A stretch of 64,000 nt of DNA, from assembly GCA_963725865.1 (NCBI GenBank), contig CAVSAC010000014.1, forward strand, positions 864,001 to 928,000, in the 5' to 3' direction. The notes below the pieces were generated by a model. That model saw only the letters and a program-made list of their open reading frames with translations, was not told the origin of the DNA and ran no database searches. Of this stretch, positions 41,610-51,354 are shown in pieces; position 1 is the first letter of the stretch; each line of letters begins with the position of its first letter. Source of the DNA: Candidatus Eiseniibacteriota bacterium (GTDB lineage: Bacteria > Eisenbacteria > RBG-16-71-46). A program made the position numbers and the translations under genes.

Positions 41610-42803
41610 ATGCCCAGACGCCGATCCAGGTCCTCCGCCACCGTCGCCCGCACCCTGCTCGTCCTCGCGGGGTGCGCCGTGGTGCTGTTCGCCGGGGGTG
41701 AGGCGTGGCGACTGTGGAACTCGGACGCCGGGCGCCTGTTGCTGGCGCGCCACTTCGGCTGGGGCGATCCCGCGCGCATCACGCAGCTGATGGGACGCCA
41801 GGTGCACCGCGGCCTCGAGGCCGCCGGAGTCCCGCGCGACAGCCTGCACGAGAGCATCCCGGCGGACGGCCGCGCCGCGGTGCACTGGCGGGTCGGCCTG
41901 CCGCCCGCGGCCTCGGCACTGCAGACCAACTACGCCATCACGCGCCTGGTGCAGCAGGCCGGCGGCGAGGTGCTGACGGGCCGCGAGAGCGTCGGTCCGC
42001 ACGGCGAGGCGCTGGTCACGCTGCTGATCGGGCTGCCGCGCCGCCCGACGCACGAGGTGGTGCTGGTGCGCGCGCCCCGCGCGCGGCCAGCCGCGGATGA
42101 ACCGCCCGTGCACGAGCCGGGGCGACTGGCGCTGGTGCTGTTCGGATTCGGCGACGACCCCGAGCACGCCGCGACCGACTTCCGCATCGCGCACCCGTTC
42201 GCGGTCGCGCTGGTCCCGGGTGCCCCCTGGAGCAACGCGATGTTCCGCGCGGCGCGTGCGGCGCAGCGCGAGCTGGTGCTGCACCTGCCGCTCGAGCCGG
42301 TGAACTACCCGGCGGTCAACCCGGGCCCGGGCACCGTGCTCGTCACCATGGAACCCGCGCGCATCACCGGCCTGGTACGCCGCTACCTCGACACCGCCGG
42401 TCCAGTGAGCGCGGCGAGCAACCACATGGGCTCGCTCGCGACCCAGGACATGCAGGTGATGACCGCGGTCTATCGCGAGCTGCACCGGCGCGGGGTGCCG
42501 TTCGTGCACATGCAGCCGGCCGCCGGCTCGGTGTGCCGCTCGCTCGCCTCGGACCAGGGCGTCGTGTACGGCGAGCCGGACGCGGTGCTCGACGCCGAGG
42601 CGCGCGCCTCCGACACCCGCGCACTCGACGCGCGCTGGAAGGGCGTGCTCGCGCGGGCGCGCGAATCTGGCCGCGCGATCGTGTACCTGCGCGTCACTCC
42701 CACCTCGCGGCGCTGGCTTGACTCGGCACTCACCCCCGCGCGGCTCGGCGGCGTCAGCGTGGTGCCGCTCGCCTCGCTGCTGAAGAAGGGCGCGGTGCTG
42801 TAG
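41610..42803 (+). CDS. Divergent polysaccharide deacetylase (YibQ/Polysacc_deac_2-like), motif-degenerate
   Basis: N-terminal TM; LHLPLEP..YP...PGPG, SNHMGSLAT; N-terminal DD motif replaced by FG. Confidence 0.82.
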   Translation: MPRRRSRSSATVARTLLVLAGCAVVLFAGGEAWRLWNSDAGRLLLARHFGWGDPARITQLMGRQVHRGLEAAGVPRDSLHESIPADGRAAVHWRVGLPPAASALQTNYAITRLVQQAGGEVLTGRESVGPHGEALVTLLIGLPRRPTHEVVLVRAPRARPAADEPPVHEPGRLALVLFGFGDDPEHAATDFRIAHPFAVALVPGAPWSNAMFRAARAAQRELVLHLPLEPVNYPAVNPGPGTVLVTMEPARITGLVRRYLDTAGPVSAASNHMGSLATQDMQVMTAVYRELHRRGVPFVHMQPAAGSVCRSLASDQGVVYGEPDAVLDAEARASDTRALDARWKGVLARARESGRAIVYLRVTPTSRRWLDSALTPARLGGVSVVPLASLLKKGAVL

Positions 42804-42834
42804 CGGGCGGACCGCCGTGCTATCCTGCCCGCGC

Positions 42835-44853
42835 ATGCGTCTCGGACAGGATGTCCTCCACGACCCGCGAGCCGCGCTCGCCCACGGCTGGACGCTCGGG
42901 AACGGCGTCGGCAGCTCGGCGTCGGGCAGCGCGCTGGGCGCCACCGCGCGCCGCGACCACGTCTGGCTCGCCGCGGCCGGGCCCCACGGCCGCCTCACCG
43001 CGCTGCTGCTGGGCGCGGAGGAGCGCGTGCTCACGCTCGAGGGCACGTTCGAGCTCGCCTGCGCGCTGGGCCCCGACGGGCAGCCGCGCGGCGAGGGCGC
43101 CCGGCACCTCGAGTCGTTCCGCCTCGATCCGTGGCCGGTGTGGCGCTTCCGCTGCGGCGCGCTGGTGTTCGAGCGCGCGCTCGCGCTGATCGCCGGGCAC
43201 CACGCGGTCGCGGTCTCGTGGCGCCACCTGGAGGGCCCCGACGCGCGCATCACCGTCACCCCGCTGGTGGCGGCGCGCGACCTGCACGGGCTGCAGCGCG
43301 TCGACGCCGACCTGCGCGGCGCCGCCCAGGGCGTGCCCGGCCGGGTGCGGATCGAGACCGTGCCGGGCCGGCCGGTGCTCACGCTGTGGCACAACGGCGC
43401 GTTCATCCCGGCGCGGGTGTGGAGGCGCGGGCTGCTGCGGCCCGACGACGCGCTCCGTGCCGCGGCGGTCGAGGACGCGTTCGTGCCCGGTTACGTCGAG
43501 GGCGCGCTCGCGCCGGCCCAGCCGTTCCACCTGGTCGGATCCAGCGAGGACGACCTGTTCCGGGCACTCGCGCGCGAGGACCGGCTGGGCACCCCGCCCC
43601 CCCGCACGCTGGCGGGCTGCGTCGAGCACCTCGAGCAGGGCGAGCGCGCGCGCCGGGCGGCCGGCAAGGCGGCGGCGCTCGAGGGCGCGGACTTCACCGC
43701 GCGCCAGGCGTCGGCCGCGCATGGCGACCGCGGACTGGTGGTCGCGCGCCGCAGCGAGCCGCTGGTGGACGCCGACGATCCGTGGGTCGAGCCGCTCACG
43801 CTCTCGCTGCTCGCGGGCCTGGCGCGGCGCGGCGATCGGCTGACCGTGCTGGCCGCGCTGCCGGGCGGCGCGGAGCGCGGCAGCGACACGCTGCGCGCGG
43901 CGGTGGCGCTGGTGTCGCTGCGCGCGTTCGAGCCCGCGCGCGAGGTGCTGACGTGCGCCGTCGAGTACCTCAACGAGGGCCTCGTCCCCGCCACGTTCGA
44001 TCCCGCGGACGGCACCCCGCGCTACGGCGATCCCGAGCCGGCACTGTGGCTGGTGCGCGCGGCCGAGTTGTACGTGCGCCGCACCGAGGACACCACGTTC
44101 CTGCGCGAGGTGCTCTACCCCGGCCTCGAGAGCGTGATGCAGTTCTACCGCGCGGGCACCCGCCACGGCATCCGCGTCGACGCCGACGGGCTGCTGACCG
44201 CGGGCGAGGAGGCCGCCGCCACCAAGCGCGCCGACGTGAACGCGCTGTGGTCGCACGCGCTGATCGCGATGGCCCAACTCGCGCGGGTCGCCGGCCGGCG
44301 CGAGAGCGGCGCTTTCTACCTGGCATGGGCGCGCGAGCACCAGCGCGCGTTCGCGGAGCGCTTCTGGGACGAGGAGGCCGGCTGCCTGTTCGAGGCGATC
44401 GGCCCGCGCGGGCCCGAGTCGGGGCTGTCGCCCTCGCAGGTGCTGGCGGCCGCACTCGCGCCGCCGCTGCTCACGCCCGAGCGCGCGCGGCGGCTGATGG
44501 CGCGGGTCGAGCGCGAGCTGTTCACCCCCTGGGGGCTGCGCGCGGCGCCCGGCGAGCGCGCGGTGTCCACCGCCTGGCTGGGCGGGTTCTTCACCGCGTG
44601 GCTGCGCGCCCACGAGCGCTCGGCCGCGGCCGAGGCGCGGGCGCGCGGCTGGTTGGCGACGCTGCACGGCGCGATGGAGCGCTGCGGTGGGCACCTGCCC
44701 GAGCGCTTCGAGCTGGAGCCCCGCGGGCCGCACGCGCCGCGGCCGCGCTCCGCCGGCGACGGCGCCAGCATGCTGGCCGCCGCCGAGCTGCTGCGCGCGT
44801 GGATCGAGGAGTTCGATCACGCGGGCGAGCCGCTCGTCACCGCCCCGCGCTGA
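42835..44853 (+). CDS. Amylo-alpha-1,6-glucosidase / glycogen debranching enzyme-like protein, motif-degenerate
   Basis: W.L.NG.G, FRLDPWPVW, EYLNEGLVP..F, GTRHGIRVDADGLL, VNALW, ELFTPWGLR, GHLPE.F. Confidence 0.82.
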   Translation: MRLGQDVLHDPRAALAHGWTLGNGVGSSASGSALGATARRDHVWLAAAGPHGRLTALLLGAEERVLTLEGTFELACALGPDGQPRGEGARHLESFRLDPWPVWRFRCGALVFERALALIAGHHAVAVSWRHLEGPDARITVTPLVAARDLHGLQRVDADLRGAAQGVPGRVRIETVPGRPVLTLWHNGAFIPARVWRRGLLRPDDALRAAAVEDAFVPGYVEGALAPAQPFHLVGSSEDDLFRALAREDRLGTPPPRTLAGCVEHLEQGERARRAAGKAAALEGADFTARQASAAHGDRGLVVARRSEPLVDADDPWVEPLTLSLLAGLARRGDRLTVLAALPGGAERGSDTLRAAVALVSLRAFEPAREVLTCAVEYLNEGLVPATFDPADGTPRYGDPEPALWLVRAAELYVRRTEDTTFLREVLYPGLESVMQFYRAGTRHGIRVDADGLLTAGEEAAATKRADVNALWSHALIAMAQLARVAGRRESGAFYLAWAREHQRAFAERFWDEEAGCLFEAIGPRGPESGLSPSQVLAAALAPPLLTPERARRLMARVERELFTPWGLRAAPGERAVSTAWLGGFFTAWLRAHERSAAAEARARGWLATLHGAMERCGGHLPERFELEPRGPHAPRPRSAGDGASMLAAAELLRAWIEEFDHAGEPLVTAPR

Positions 44854-44881
44854 AGCGCTGCGGGCGCGTCTCCCGCGCCGC

Positions 44882-47521
44882 CTACTTCTGCGTGGTGTCC
44901 GCCGGCGGCGGCGGTGGTGTCGCGGGCGGCGGTGACACCGGCACCGGCGGCGTGGCGGGCGCGGGTGCCGGGGCCGGCGCGGGCGTGAAGCCGCCGAAGA
45001 ATCCCTTCAACACGTCGGTGCCCCGCTTGCGCAGGCTGTCGATGCTCACCGCGCGCACCTGAGCGAGCGCCTTCTGCGCCGAGTCCTGCGCCACCTCGGC
45101 GAGGCGCTGGCGCGCGGCCTCGCGCAGGTCGGTCTCGAGCCGGGCGCGCTGCTCGGCGATCGCGTCGGACACCTTGCCGGCCACCCGGTCGCGCATCGCG
45201 CGCGGATCCCACGCCACCCTCGGCGACTTCGCGGTGCCGCCCACGTGCAGGTCGATCAGCATGCGGCCCTGCGCATCGCTGAGCGCGCCCGCCGCGAGCG
45301 CGGCGCTGGCGCCCAGCCGCGCCACCTGCTCCGGCGGCAGCGTGATGCTGACCGCGTAGTCGAGCGCGCCGTCGAAGCCCACCGCGCCGGCGATCTTCCA
45401 GTCGCCCACGCTGGAGTGCAGGTCGACCTCGCGGGTCGCCACGCGCCCGCGCTCGACCTGGAACGGCAGCTGAAGGTCCTTGAAGCGCGCTTCCTTCAAG
45501 GCCGGAATCCGGGTCGCGGCCGCGATCGCCTCGAGCGCCGGGCCGGGTCCGATCTGCCCGTCGAACAGCGCGGCCAGTCCGATCGCGGTGAGCGAGCGCT
45601 GGAGCTGCTCGGGGCGGGTGCCGTCGCCGGCCAGGCTCAGGTCGGTGTTCATCACGCCGCGCAGCAGGCCCCGGGCGGGCGTCCATGCCGACAGCAGCGC
45701 GTCGGCCGAGACGCTGTCCACCTTCGCCTTCACGTCGAAGCCGGGGCTCGCGGGATCGCGCAGGTCGAACACGGCGCTGCCGTGCACGCGGCCCTGGTAG
45801 CCGCGCAGCGCGTACGCCGGCACGGTGAGCGAGGTCGGCGTCATCTGCACGTCGGCGCTCACGTCGGTGACGTCGAGCTTCTGGCTGATGAGCCGCCCGA
45901 TATGCGCGCGCCCGCTGCCGGTGGCGTTCGGCAGCACCGCGGGACCCGGCGTCGGCGGCAGCAGCTCCGCGAGGTCGAGGTAGGGCGAGTCGAGCGAGAA
46001 TCCCACGTTCGCCGGCGCCACCTTGCCGACTGGCGCCATCAGCGCGAGCGGCCGCGTGACGTTGGCGTTCAGCGTGAACGACGAGCGTCCCGCCCTGGCG
46101 GTGAGGCCGGCGATCGCGGCGGACTGCTGCGAGAAGCGCACCTCGCCGTTCACCTCCTCCACCGCCTTGGGCAGCATCGGCGCCGCGACGCTCACGCGCG
46201 CCAGTCGCGCGGAGCCCTCGAGCGCCAGACTGCCGGGATCCTTCGCGCGACCGCGGCCGCGCACGTCGACGTTCGCGCGTCCGCCGAGCCGCACGTCCTT
46301 GGGCGCCGCCAGCGGTCCGACCGCGGCCAGGTCGAGGTCGCCCTGCAGCGCGAACGCCACCAGCGGATCGGCGAAGCGCGTGACGATCAGGTTCGCGCGC
46401 ACCGGCTGCTCTGCGACGCGCGCGCGCAGGTCGCCGATCCCGAGCGAATCGGGCGCGAAGCGCGCGGTGAACGCGAGGTCCTTGACCGACGCCGGCGCGT
46501 CCGGGTAGCGGAACGCGCCGTTGGCCAGCGACAGGGTGCCGGTCACCGCAGGCAGCCGCCCGGGCGCCAGCGCCCCGGCCACGCGCAGGTCGAAGTCGAG
46601 CCGCCCGGCGCCGGTGATGCCGTGCAGCATCCGCGCGTCGGCGACCGCCAGCATCGCGAGCACCTCCTTGAGGTCCACCGCGGCGCCACGGGCGCGGAAG
46701 TCGATCCGCGCGCGCGGCCCCGGGTCGTCCACGACGCCGTTGAACGCCAGCTCGGTGCGCCCGAACGCGAGCGCCAGCTTCTCGAGCGCCAGGCGCTTCC
46801 GCGCGCCGTCGTACTTGCCCTGGTGGCGGAGCGTCCAGCGCACCTTGGCGAGCGACTGGTTCAGGTCGCTCATGCGCGCGGCCGAGAGCGGCCCGAGCGC
46901 CAGTCCGCTGACCGTCGTGGTGCCACCGGTCGCGATCCGCTGGCCGCCCTCGACCGCGAGCGCGGTGCGCGTCTCGATCCCGAACGCGGTGCGGCGCTGG
47001 GCGCGCAGGTCGTCGACCAGCACCTGGCCGTCCGCGATCTCGAACGCGCGCACCGCGAGGTCCATCCCGACGCCCTGCGACGGCGGCGCACCCGCCGGCT
47101 GCGGCTTCGCGAGCCCGTCGAAGTTGGTGGTGCCGTCGGCGCGCAGCAGCAGGTGCACGGCCGGATGGTCGAGCGCCAGCCGCCGCACCACCACCTTGCG
47201 ACCGAGCAGCGCGAACGGATCGAGGTCGAGGTGCAGCGCGCGCGCCTGGAGCGCCGCGCCGTCGCGGAAGCCGCCGGGCTCGGCGAGCGCGGGATTCGTC
47301 ACGGTCAGGCGCACGGGCGGGAACAGTCCGAGCGCCACGCCGTCGAAGCGCACCTCGCGCGTGAGCGCCTGGGCGGCCTGTGCCTGCACGAGCGCGCGCA
47401 GCTTCGCGGGCGGGAACAGCACCGCGAGCACGCCCCACGCGATCAGCACCAGCGCCACCACGACGCCGAGCGCCACGAGCACGATCCGGGAGCGGCCCGG
47501 AGCCCTGCGAGTGTCGGTCAT
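44882..47521 (-). CDS. AsmA family protein
   Basis: N-terminal TM then FPPAKLR...L.REV; LDPFALL.RKVVV..L.L..P.V.L...DG..N; long beta-rich body; GAVGFDGALDY. Confidence 0.85.
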   Translation of the reverse strand: MTDTRRAPGRSRIVLVALGVVVALVLIAWGVLAVLFPPAKLRALVQAQAAQALTREVRFDGVALGLFPPVRLTVTNPALAEPGGFRDGAALQARALHLDLDPFALLGRKVVVRRLALDHPAVHLLLRADGTTNFDGLAKPQPAGAPPSQGVGMDLAVRAFEIADGQVLVDDLRAQRRTAFGIETRTALAVEGGQRIATGGTTTVSGLALGPLSAARMSDLNQSLAKVRWTLRHQGKYDGARKRLALEKLALAFGRTELAFNGVVDDPGPRARIDFRARGAAVDLKEVLAMLAVADARMLHGITGAGRLDFDLRVAGALAPGRLPAVTGTLSLANGAFRYPDAPASVKDLAFTARFAPDSLGIGDLRARVAEQPVRANLIVTRFADPLVAFALQGDLDLAAVGPLAAPKDVRLGGRANVDVRGRGRAKDPGSLALEGSARLARVSVAAPMLPKAVEEVNGEVRFSQQSAAIAGLTARAGRSSFTLNANVTRPLALMAPVGKVAPANVGFSLDSPYLDLAELLPPTPGPAVLPNATGSGRAHIGRLISQKLDVTDVSADVQMTPTSLTVPAYALRGYQGRVHGSAVFDLRDPASPGFDVKAKVDSVSADALLSAWTPARGLLRGVMNTDLSLAGDGTRPEQLQRSLTAIGLAALFDGQIGPGPALEAIAAATRIPALKEARFKDLQLPFQVERGRVATREVDLHSSVGDWKIAGAVGFDGALDYAVSITLPPEQVARLGASAALAAGALSDAQGRMLIDLHVGGTAKSPRVAWDPRAMRDRVAGKVSDAIAEQRARLETDLREAARQRLAEVAQDSAQKALAQVRAVSIDSLRKRGTDVLKGFFGGFTPAPAPAPAPATPPVPVSPPPATPPPPPADTTQK

Positions 47522-47616
47522 GGCGCGGATTCTGGAACGGCCCCGGCGCGGGCGCAAACGCCTTGTCGCTCCGTTCCGCGCGCGGGTACAGTCCGCGCCC
47601 GAAGGAGCCTGCCGCC

Positions 47617-48279
47617 ATGGAACCCACCGCCCTCGCGACCCTGCGCGCCCAGCGCCTGGTCGCCGTCATCCGCGCCGCGAACCCCGAGGCCGCGGTGGGC
47701 GCCGCGCGCGCGGTCGCCGCCGGCGGGCTCGCGCTGCTCGAGATCACGTTCACCGTGCCCGAGGCGCCGCGCGTGATCGCCGCGCTGCGCGATCTGCCGG
47801 GCGCGGTCGTCGGGGCGGGCACCGTGCTCACCCGCGAACAGTGCCGCGCCGCGCTGGACGCCGGCGCGCGCTTCGTGATCGCGCCCAACGCCTCCGCGGA
47901 GGTGGCGCGCGAGGCGCTCGCCGCCGGGGCGCTGTACTGCCCGGGCGCCTACACCACGTCCGAGATCCTTGCCGCGCGCGCGCTGGGGGCCCACGTCGTG
48001 AAGGTCTACCCGGTCGGGGTCGCGGGCGGCCCCGCCTACATCCAGGTCATCCGCGATCCGCTGCCCGACATCCCGATGCTCGCCGCCGGCGGCACGAACC
48101 TCGAGAACGTGGTGCCGTTCCTCGACGCCGGCTGCATCGGCTGCGGGCTGGGGGCGGCGCTCGCCGATCCGGCGCTGGCGCTCGCCGGGCGCTTCGACGT
48201 GATCACCGCGCGGGCCCGCGCCTTCGCCGACCGCGTGGCGGCGTGGACCGCCGCGCGCGGCGCGGCGACCTCGGCGTGA
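47617..48279 (+). CDS. eda: KDPG/KHG aldolase
   Basis: AAGGAG RBS; VAVIR, EITFTVP, GAGTVL, GARF..AP, PG..T..E, KVYP. Confidence 0.92.
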   Translation: MEPTALATLRAQRLVAVIRAANPEAAVGAARAVAAGGLALLEITFTVPEAPRVIAALRDLPGAVVGAGTVLTREQCRAALDAGARFVIAPNASAEVAREALAAGALYCPGAYTTSEILAARALGAHVVKVYPVGVAGGPAYIQVIRDPLPDIPMLAAGGTNLENVVPFLDAGCIGCGLGAALADPALALAGRFDVITARARAFADRVAAWTAARGAATSA

Positions 48280-49553
48280 GCCGTCCGCGCACGCGCCGCC
48301 GGGCGGGCGCACCCGCGGCGGCGCTCGCGGCCGGTCTGGCCGCGCTCGCGCTGCTCGCGCTCGCGCCGCGCGCGGCCCGCGCGACGCTCGAGCAGTACAA
48401 CACCTTCGATCTCCTCGCGGAGGAGGAGGACGACGAGAGCCTGCTCGATCACGTGCTGACGCGGCCGCCCTCCGAGTGGCGCGAGGAGTGGGAACGCGCG
48501 CCGCAGGCGTTCCGCACCGCGCAGGGCTGTCTGACCAGCAGCCAGTGGATGCTCGTGAACCAGCTCAAGACCGGCGCGCCGCTCGGCAGCCGCGCGCGCT
48601 TCGATCTCGACCTCGACCAGACGCACACCAACGAGGTGGACGTCGACGTGCTGACGCTGGGGTTCCGGTTCCCGACCCCGCTGGGGACCGCGGCCGCCGA
48701 GTTCCAGCCCTCGTACGACAAGAGCCGTCAGGATCTCGTGCTCGCCTACGAGCTGGGCGCCGACACCACCGGCTTCTCCCTGCAGGCCGCGTGGGGGCTC
48801 GAGGACGTGTTCAACAACCTGTGGGCGTTCCGCCAGAGTCGCGTCGGCGAGCGCTCCGAGCCGTATACGCGCCACCCATACGAGCCGCGGCTGCGCCTCG
48901 GGGCGCGTGGGACGGACTGGCGGGCCACGATCGGCGGCCGCTGGATGACGCCGTCCGAGAAGCGCCTGGTGGGGGGCGCGGATCCGGCCAGCGACCACCT
49001 CCAGCGCCTGTGGGGCACGCTCGCCTGGGCCGAGGTGGCGGCGCGCGCGCTCGGCACCGACTGGACGCTGTCCTCCTCCCAGCAGCAGGTCGCCACCGAC
49101 GACACGCCGGTGAGCGGGCCGCCGCTCGACGGCCGCGAGTTCCGGCGCAAGTGGAGCGTCGAGTTCGCCGCCCGCCGCGCGCTGACGCGGCGCGTGGCGG
49201 CCGAGCTGCGCACGATCTACCAGTCGCGCACTCAGACCTACGGCGCGGTGTACGGTCCCGCCGCGTTCGGCGCGCTCGACCGCCTCGCGCAGCTCGACCT
49301 CGCGTGGGCCGCCACACCCCGGCTCACCTACCGGCTCGGCGCGCTCTACGACCGCATCTCGATCGGCCAGCAGGGCGCGGCCGCGCAGGGCGGCTACGGC
49401 TCGCGCAAGGAGTCGCGCGCCTACCTCGGGCTGATGGCGCGCTTCGGGCGCGTGGTCGTGCAGGGCGTCGAGGGCATCGAGTTGGACCGCGAGCCGTACG
49501 ACGTCTGGCTGGTGCACGACAAGGGGTTCGTCCAGCTGCAGACCACGTTCTGA
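48276..49553 (+). CDS. Hypothetical exported protein, probable outer-membrane beta-barrel
   Basis: GTGA overlap with eda; signal peptide ending ARA; amphipathic strands; C-terminal FVQLQTTF. Confidence 0.7.
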   Translation: MSRPRTRRRAGAPAAALAAGLAALALLALAPRAARATLEQYNTFDLLAEEEDDESLLDHVLTRPPSEWREEWERAPQAFRTAQGCLTSSQWMLVNQLKTGAPLGSRARFDLDLDQTHTNEVDVDVLTLGFRFPTPLGTAAAEFQPSYDKSRQDLVLAYELGADTTGFSLQAAWGLEDVFNNLWAFRQSRVGERSEPYTRHPYEPRLRLGARGTDWRATIGGRWMTPSEKRLVGGADPASDHLQRLWGTLAWAEVAARALGTDWTLSSSQQQVATDDTPVSGPPLDGREFRRKWSVEFAARRALTRRVAAELRTIYQSRTQTYGAVYGPAAFGALDRLAQLDLAWAATPRLTYRLGALYDRISIGQQGAAAQGGYGSRKESRAYLGLMARFGRVVVQGVEGIELDREPYDVWLVHDKGFVQLQTTF

Positions 49554-49569
49554 CGCGCCCGGTGGCGCC

Positions 49570-49598
49570 TTGCGTACCGCCGACGTGGCGGCTATCGT
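49570..49598 (+). promoter_or_regulatory. Sigma70-type promoter of the OmpA gene
   Basis: TTGCGT-17 nt-TATCGT; AAGGAGG RBS further downstream. Confidence 0.5.
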
Positions 49599-49675
49599 CC
49601 GGTCCTCGGAACCCCCCAACCGAGCTTGGGATCGTCCGCGTCTCCTCGGGACGCCCTTAACAAGGAGGTTGCAGC

Positions 49676-51166
49676 ATGCGCCTGAGTCTCCGAATCGCCG
49701 CGCTGGGCCTCGCCGCGATGGCTGCGGCGGGAGTGGTCCAAGCGGAGCCGACTGGCCGCTACTTCACGATCACGCCGTTCGGCGGCTACCGGGTGTTCGA
49801 CGGTGACCACACCTTCCCCGGCACGAACACCATCCAGGACAATCTCTACGTCGGCGGGCGGCTCGGCTACCAACTGCTGCCGTGGCTCGGAATCGAGGGC
49901 GCCGGCGGCCTCACGCCGACCTCCGAGGACATCTCGGGCGGCCGCGACCTCGACATCTGGCACGCCTCCGGCAACCTGATGCTGACGCCGGCCAACGGCC
50001 GCTGGGGCGGTCCGTTCGTGTTCGGCGGCATGGGGTACGACAAGTACAAGCTGTCCTCCGGCGACCTCGAAGCGCACTACGTCACGATCGAGGGCGGCGG
50101 CGGGCTGCGCTTCTGGCTCACCGACGCCATCGGGCTGCGGCTCGAGGCGCGCGACCTCATGCTCACCGCCAATTCGCCCAAGAAGGAGCTCAACGCCTTC
50201 AACGACCTCGTGTTCGGCGCCGGCCTCGAGCTGGCGCTCGGCGGCGTGCCGCGCGACGGCGACGGCGACGGCGTGGCCGACCGCAAGGATCGCTGCCCCG
50301 ACACGCCGAAGGGTGCGACAGTCGACGCGCGTGGGTGCCCGATCGACACCGACGGCGACGGCGTGTTCGACGGTCTCGACAAGTGCCCGAACACCCCGAA
50401 GGGCTGCAAGGTCGACGCGACCGGCTGCCCGATCGACAGCGACGGCGACGGCGTGTGCGACGGCGTCGACGTGTGCGCGGACACGCCCAAGGGCGCGACC
50501 GTGGGGGCCACCGGCTGCCCGAGCGACGCGGATGGCGACTTCGTGCCCGACGGCATCGACAAGTGCGCGGACACGCCGAAGGGCGCGACCGTGGACGCGA
50601 CCGGCTGCCCGAAGGACACTGACGGCGACGGCGTGTGGGACGGCCTCGACAAGTGCGCGGACACCCCGGCCGGCGCCAAGGTCGACAAGGACGGCTGCCC
50701 GGTGGAGTTGATCGAGCGCGAGACCGAGCTGCTCGACACCGGCATGATCCGTCTGCAGAACATCAACTTCGAGACCGCGAAGGCCGAGCTGCTGCCCGAC
50801 GCGTTCCCGACCCTCGACGTGGTGGGCCAGGTGCTCAGCAAGTGGCCGGAGCTGCGCATCGAGGTCGGTGGCCACACCGATTCGCGCGGTTCGAACGTTT
50901 ACAACCAGAAGCTCAGCGAGGCGCGCGCCACGTCGGTGTTGACTTACCTGACCACGAAGTTCCCGGGCCTCAAGCCCGAGCAGTTCACGTCCAAGGGCTA
51001 CGGCGAGTCCAAGCCGATCGCGCCCAACACCGACCAGCTCGGCATGGCGAAGAACCGCCGCGTCGAGTTCGTGGTGCTCAACAAGGACGTGCTCAAGCGC
51101 GAGAGCGAGCGCCGTCGTCTGCTGCAGAAGGACGAGACGGCGCCCACGCCGAGCGAGAACAAGTAG
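49676..51166 (+). CDS. OmpA/OprF-like outer membrane protein (beta-barrel + 5 TSP3-like repeats + OmpA-C)
   Basis: AAGGAGG RBS; signal peptide; barrel strands; five 30-aa DxDGDGVxDxxDxCxxTPxGxxVDxxGCP repeats; GHTDSRG...NRRVE. Confidence 0.95.
   Translation: MRLSLRIAALGLAAMAAAGVVQAEPTGRYFTITPFGGYRVFDGDHTFPGTNTIQDNLYVGGRLGYQLLPWLGIEGAGGLTPTSEDISGGRDLDIWHASGNLMLTPANGRWGGPFVFGGMGYDKYKLSSGDLEAHYVTIEGGGGLRFWLTDAIGLRLEARDLMLTANSPKKELNAFNDLVFGAGLELALGGVPRDGDGDGVADRKDRCPDTPKGATVDARGCPIDTDGDGVFDGLDKCPNTPKGCKVDATGCPIDSDGDGVCDGVDVCADTPKGATVGATGCPSDADGDFVPDGIDKCADTPKGATVDATGCPKDTDGDGVWDGLDKCADTPAGAKVDKDGCPVELIERETELLDTGMIRLQNINFETAKAELLPDAFPTLDVVGQVLSKWPELRIEVGGHTDSRGSNVYNQKLSEARATSVLTYLTTKFPGLKPEQFTSKGYGESKPIAPNTDQLGMAKNRRVEFVVLNKDVLKRESERRRLLQKDETAPTPSENK
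50252..50701 (+). repeat. Five tandem 90-nt coding repeats (TSP3-like Ca-binding)
   Basis: 450 nt = 5 x 90 nt, each ending TGC CCG. Confidence 0.9.
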
Positions 51167-51178
51167 TCCCGGCTCCAA

Positions 51179-51216
51179 CCGCGCGGCCCGGGTGCCTCGG
51201 CATCCGGGCCGCGCGG
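51179..51216 (+). terminator. Long GC hairpin after OmpA
   Basis: CCGCGCGGCCCGGGTGC-ctcg-GCATCCGGGCCGCGCGG (17 bp, one G-U); no U-tract. Confidence 0.55.
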
Positions 51217-51354
51217 CGTCCGGGCCGCGGTGCGCCCCGGCGCCCCGCTCGTGCTGACCGCGGCCTGAGCCGCGCGCGCGCCGCCGTGCTACTCTGCGCG
51301 GCGCTCGCGTCACGACCACCGCGCGCCGCCGCTCCCCAGGCCCCGAGGGACACC

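Noticed and set aside
50252..50701. Periodic repeats resembling a CRISPR array
   Set aside because: They are in-frame 90-nt coding repeats with no unique spacers and no cas genes.
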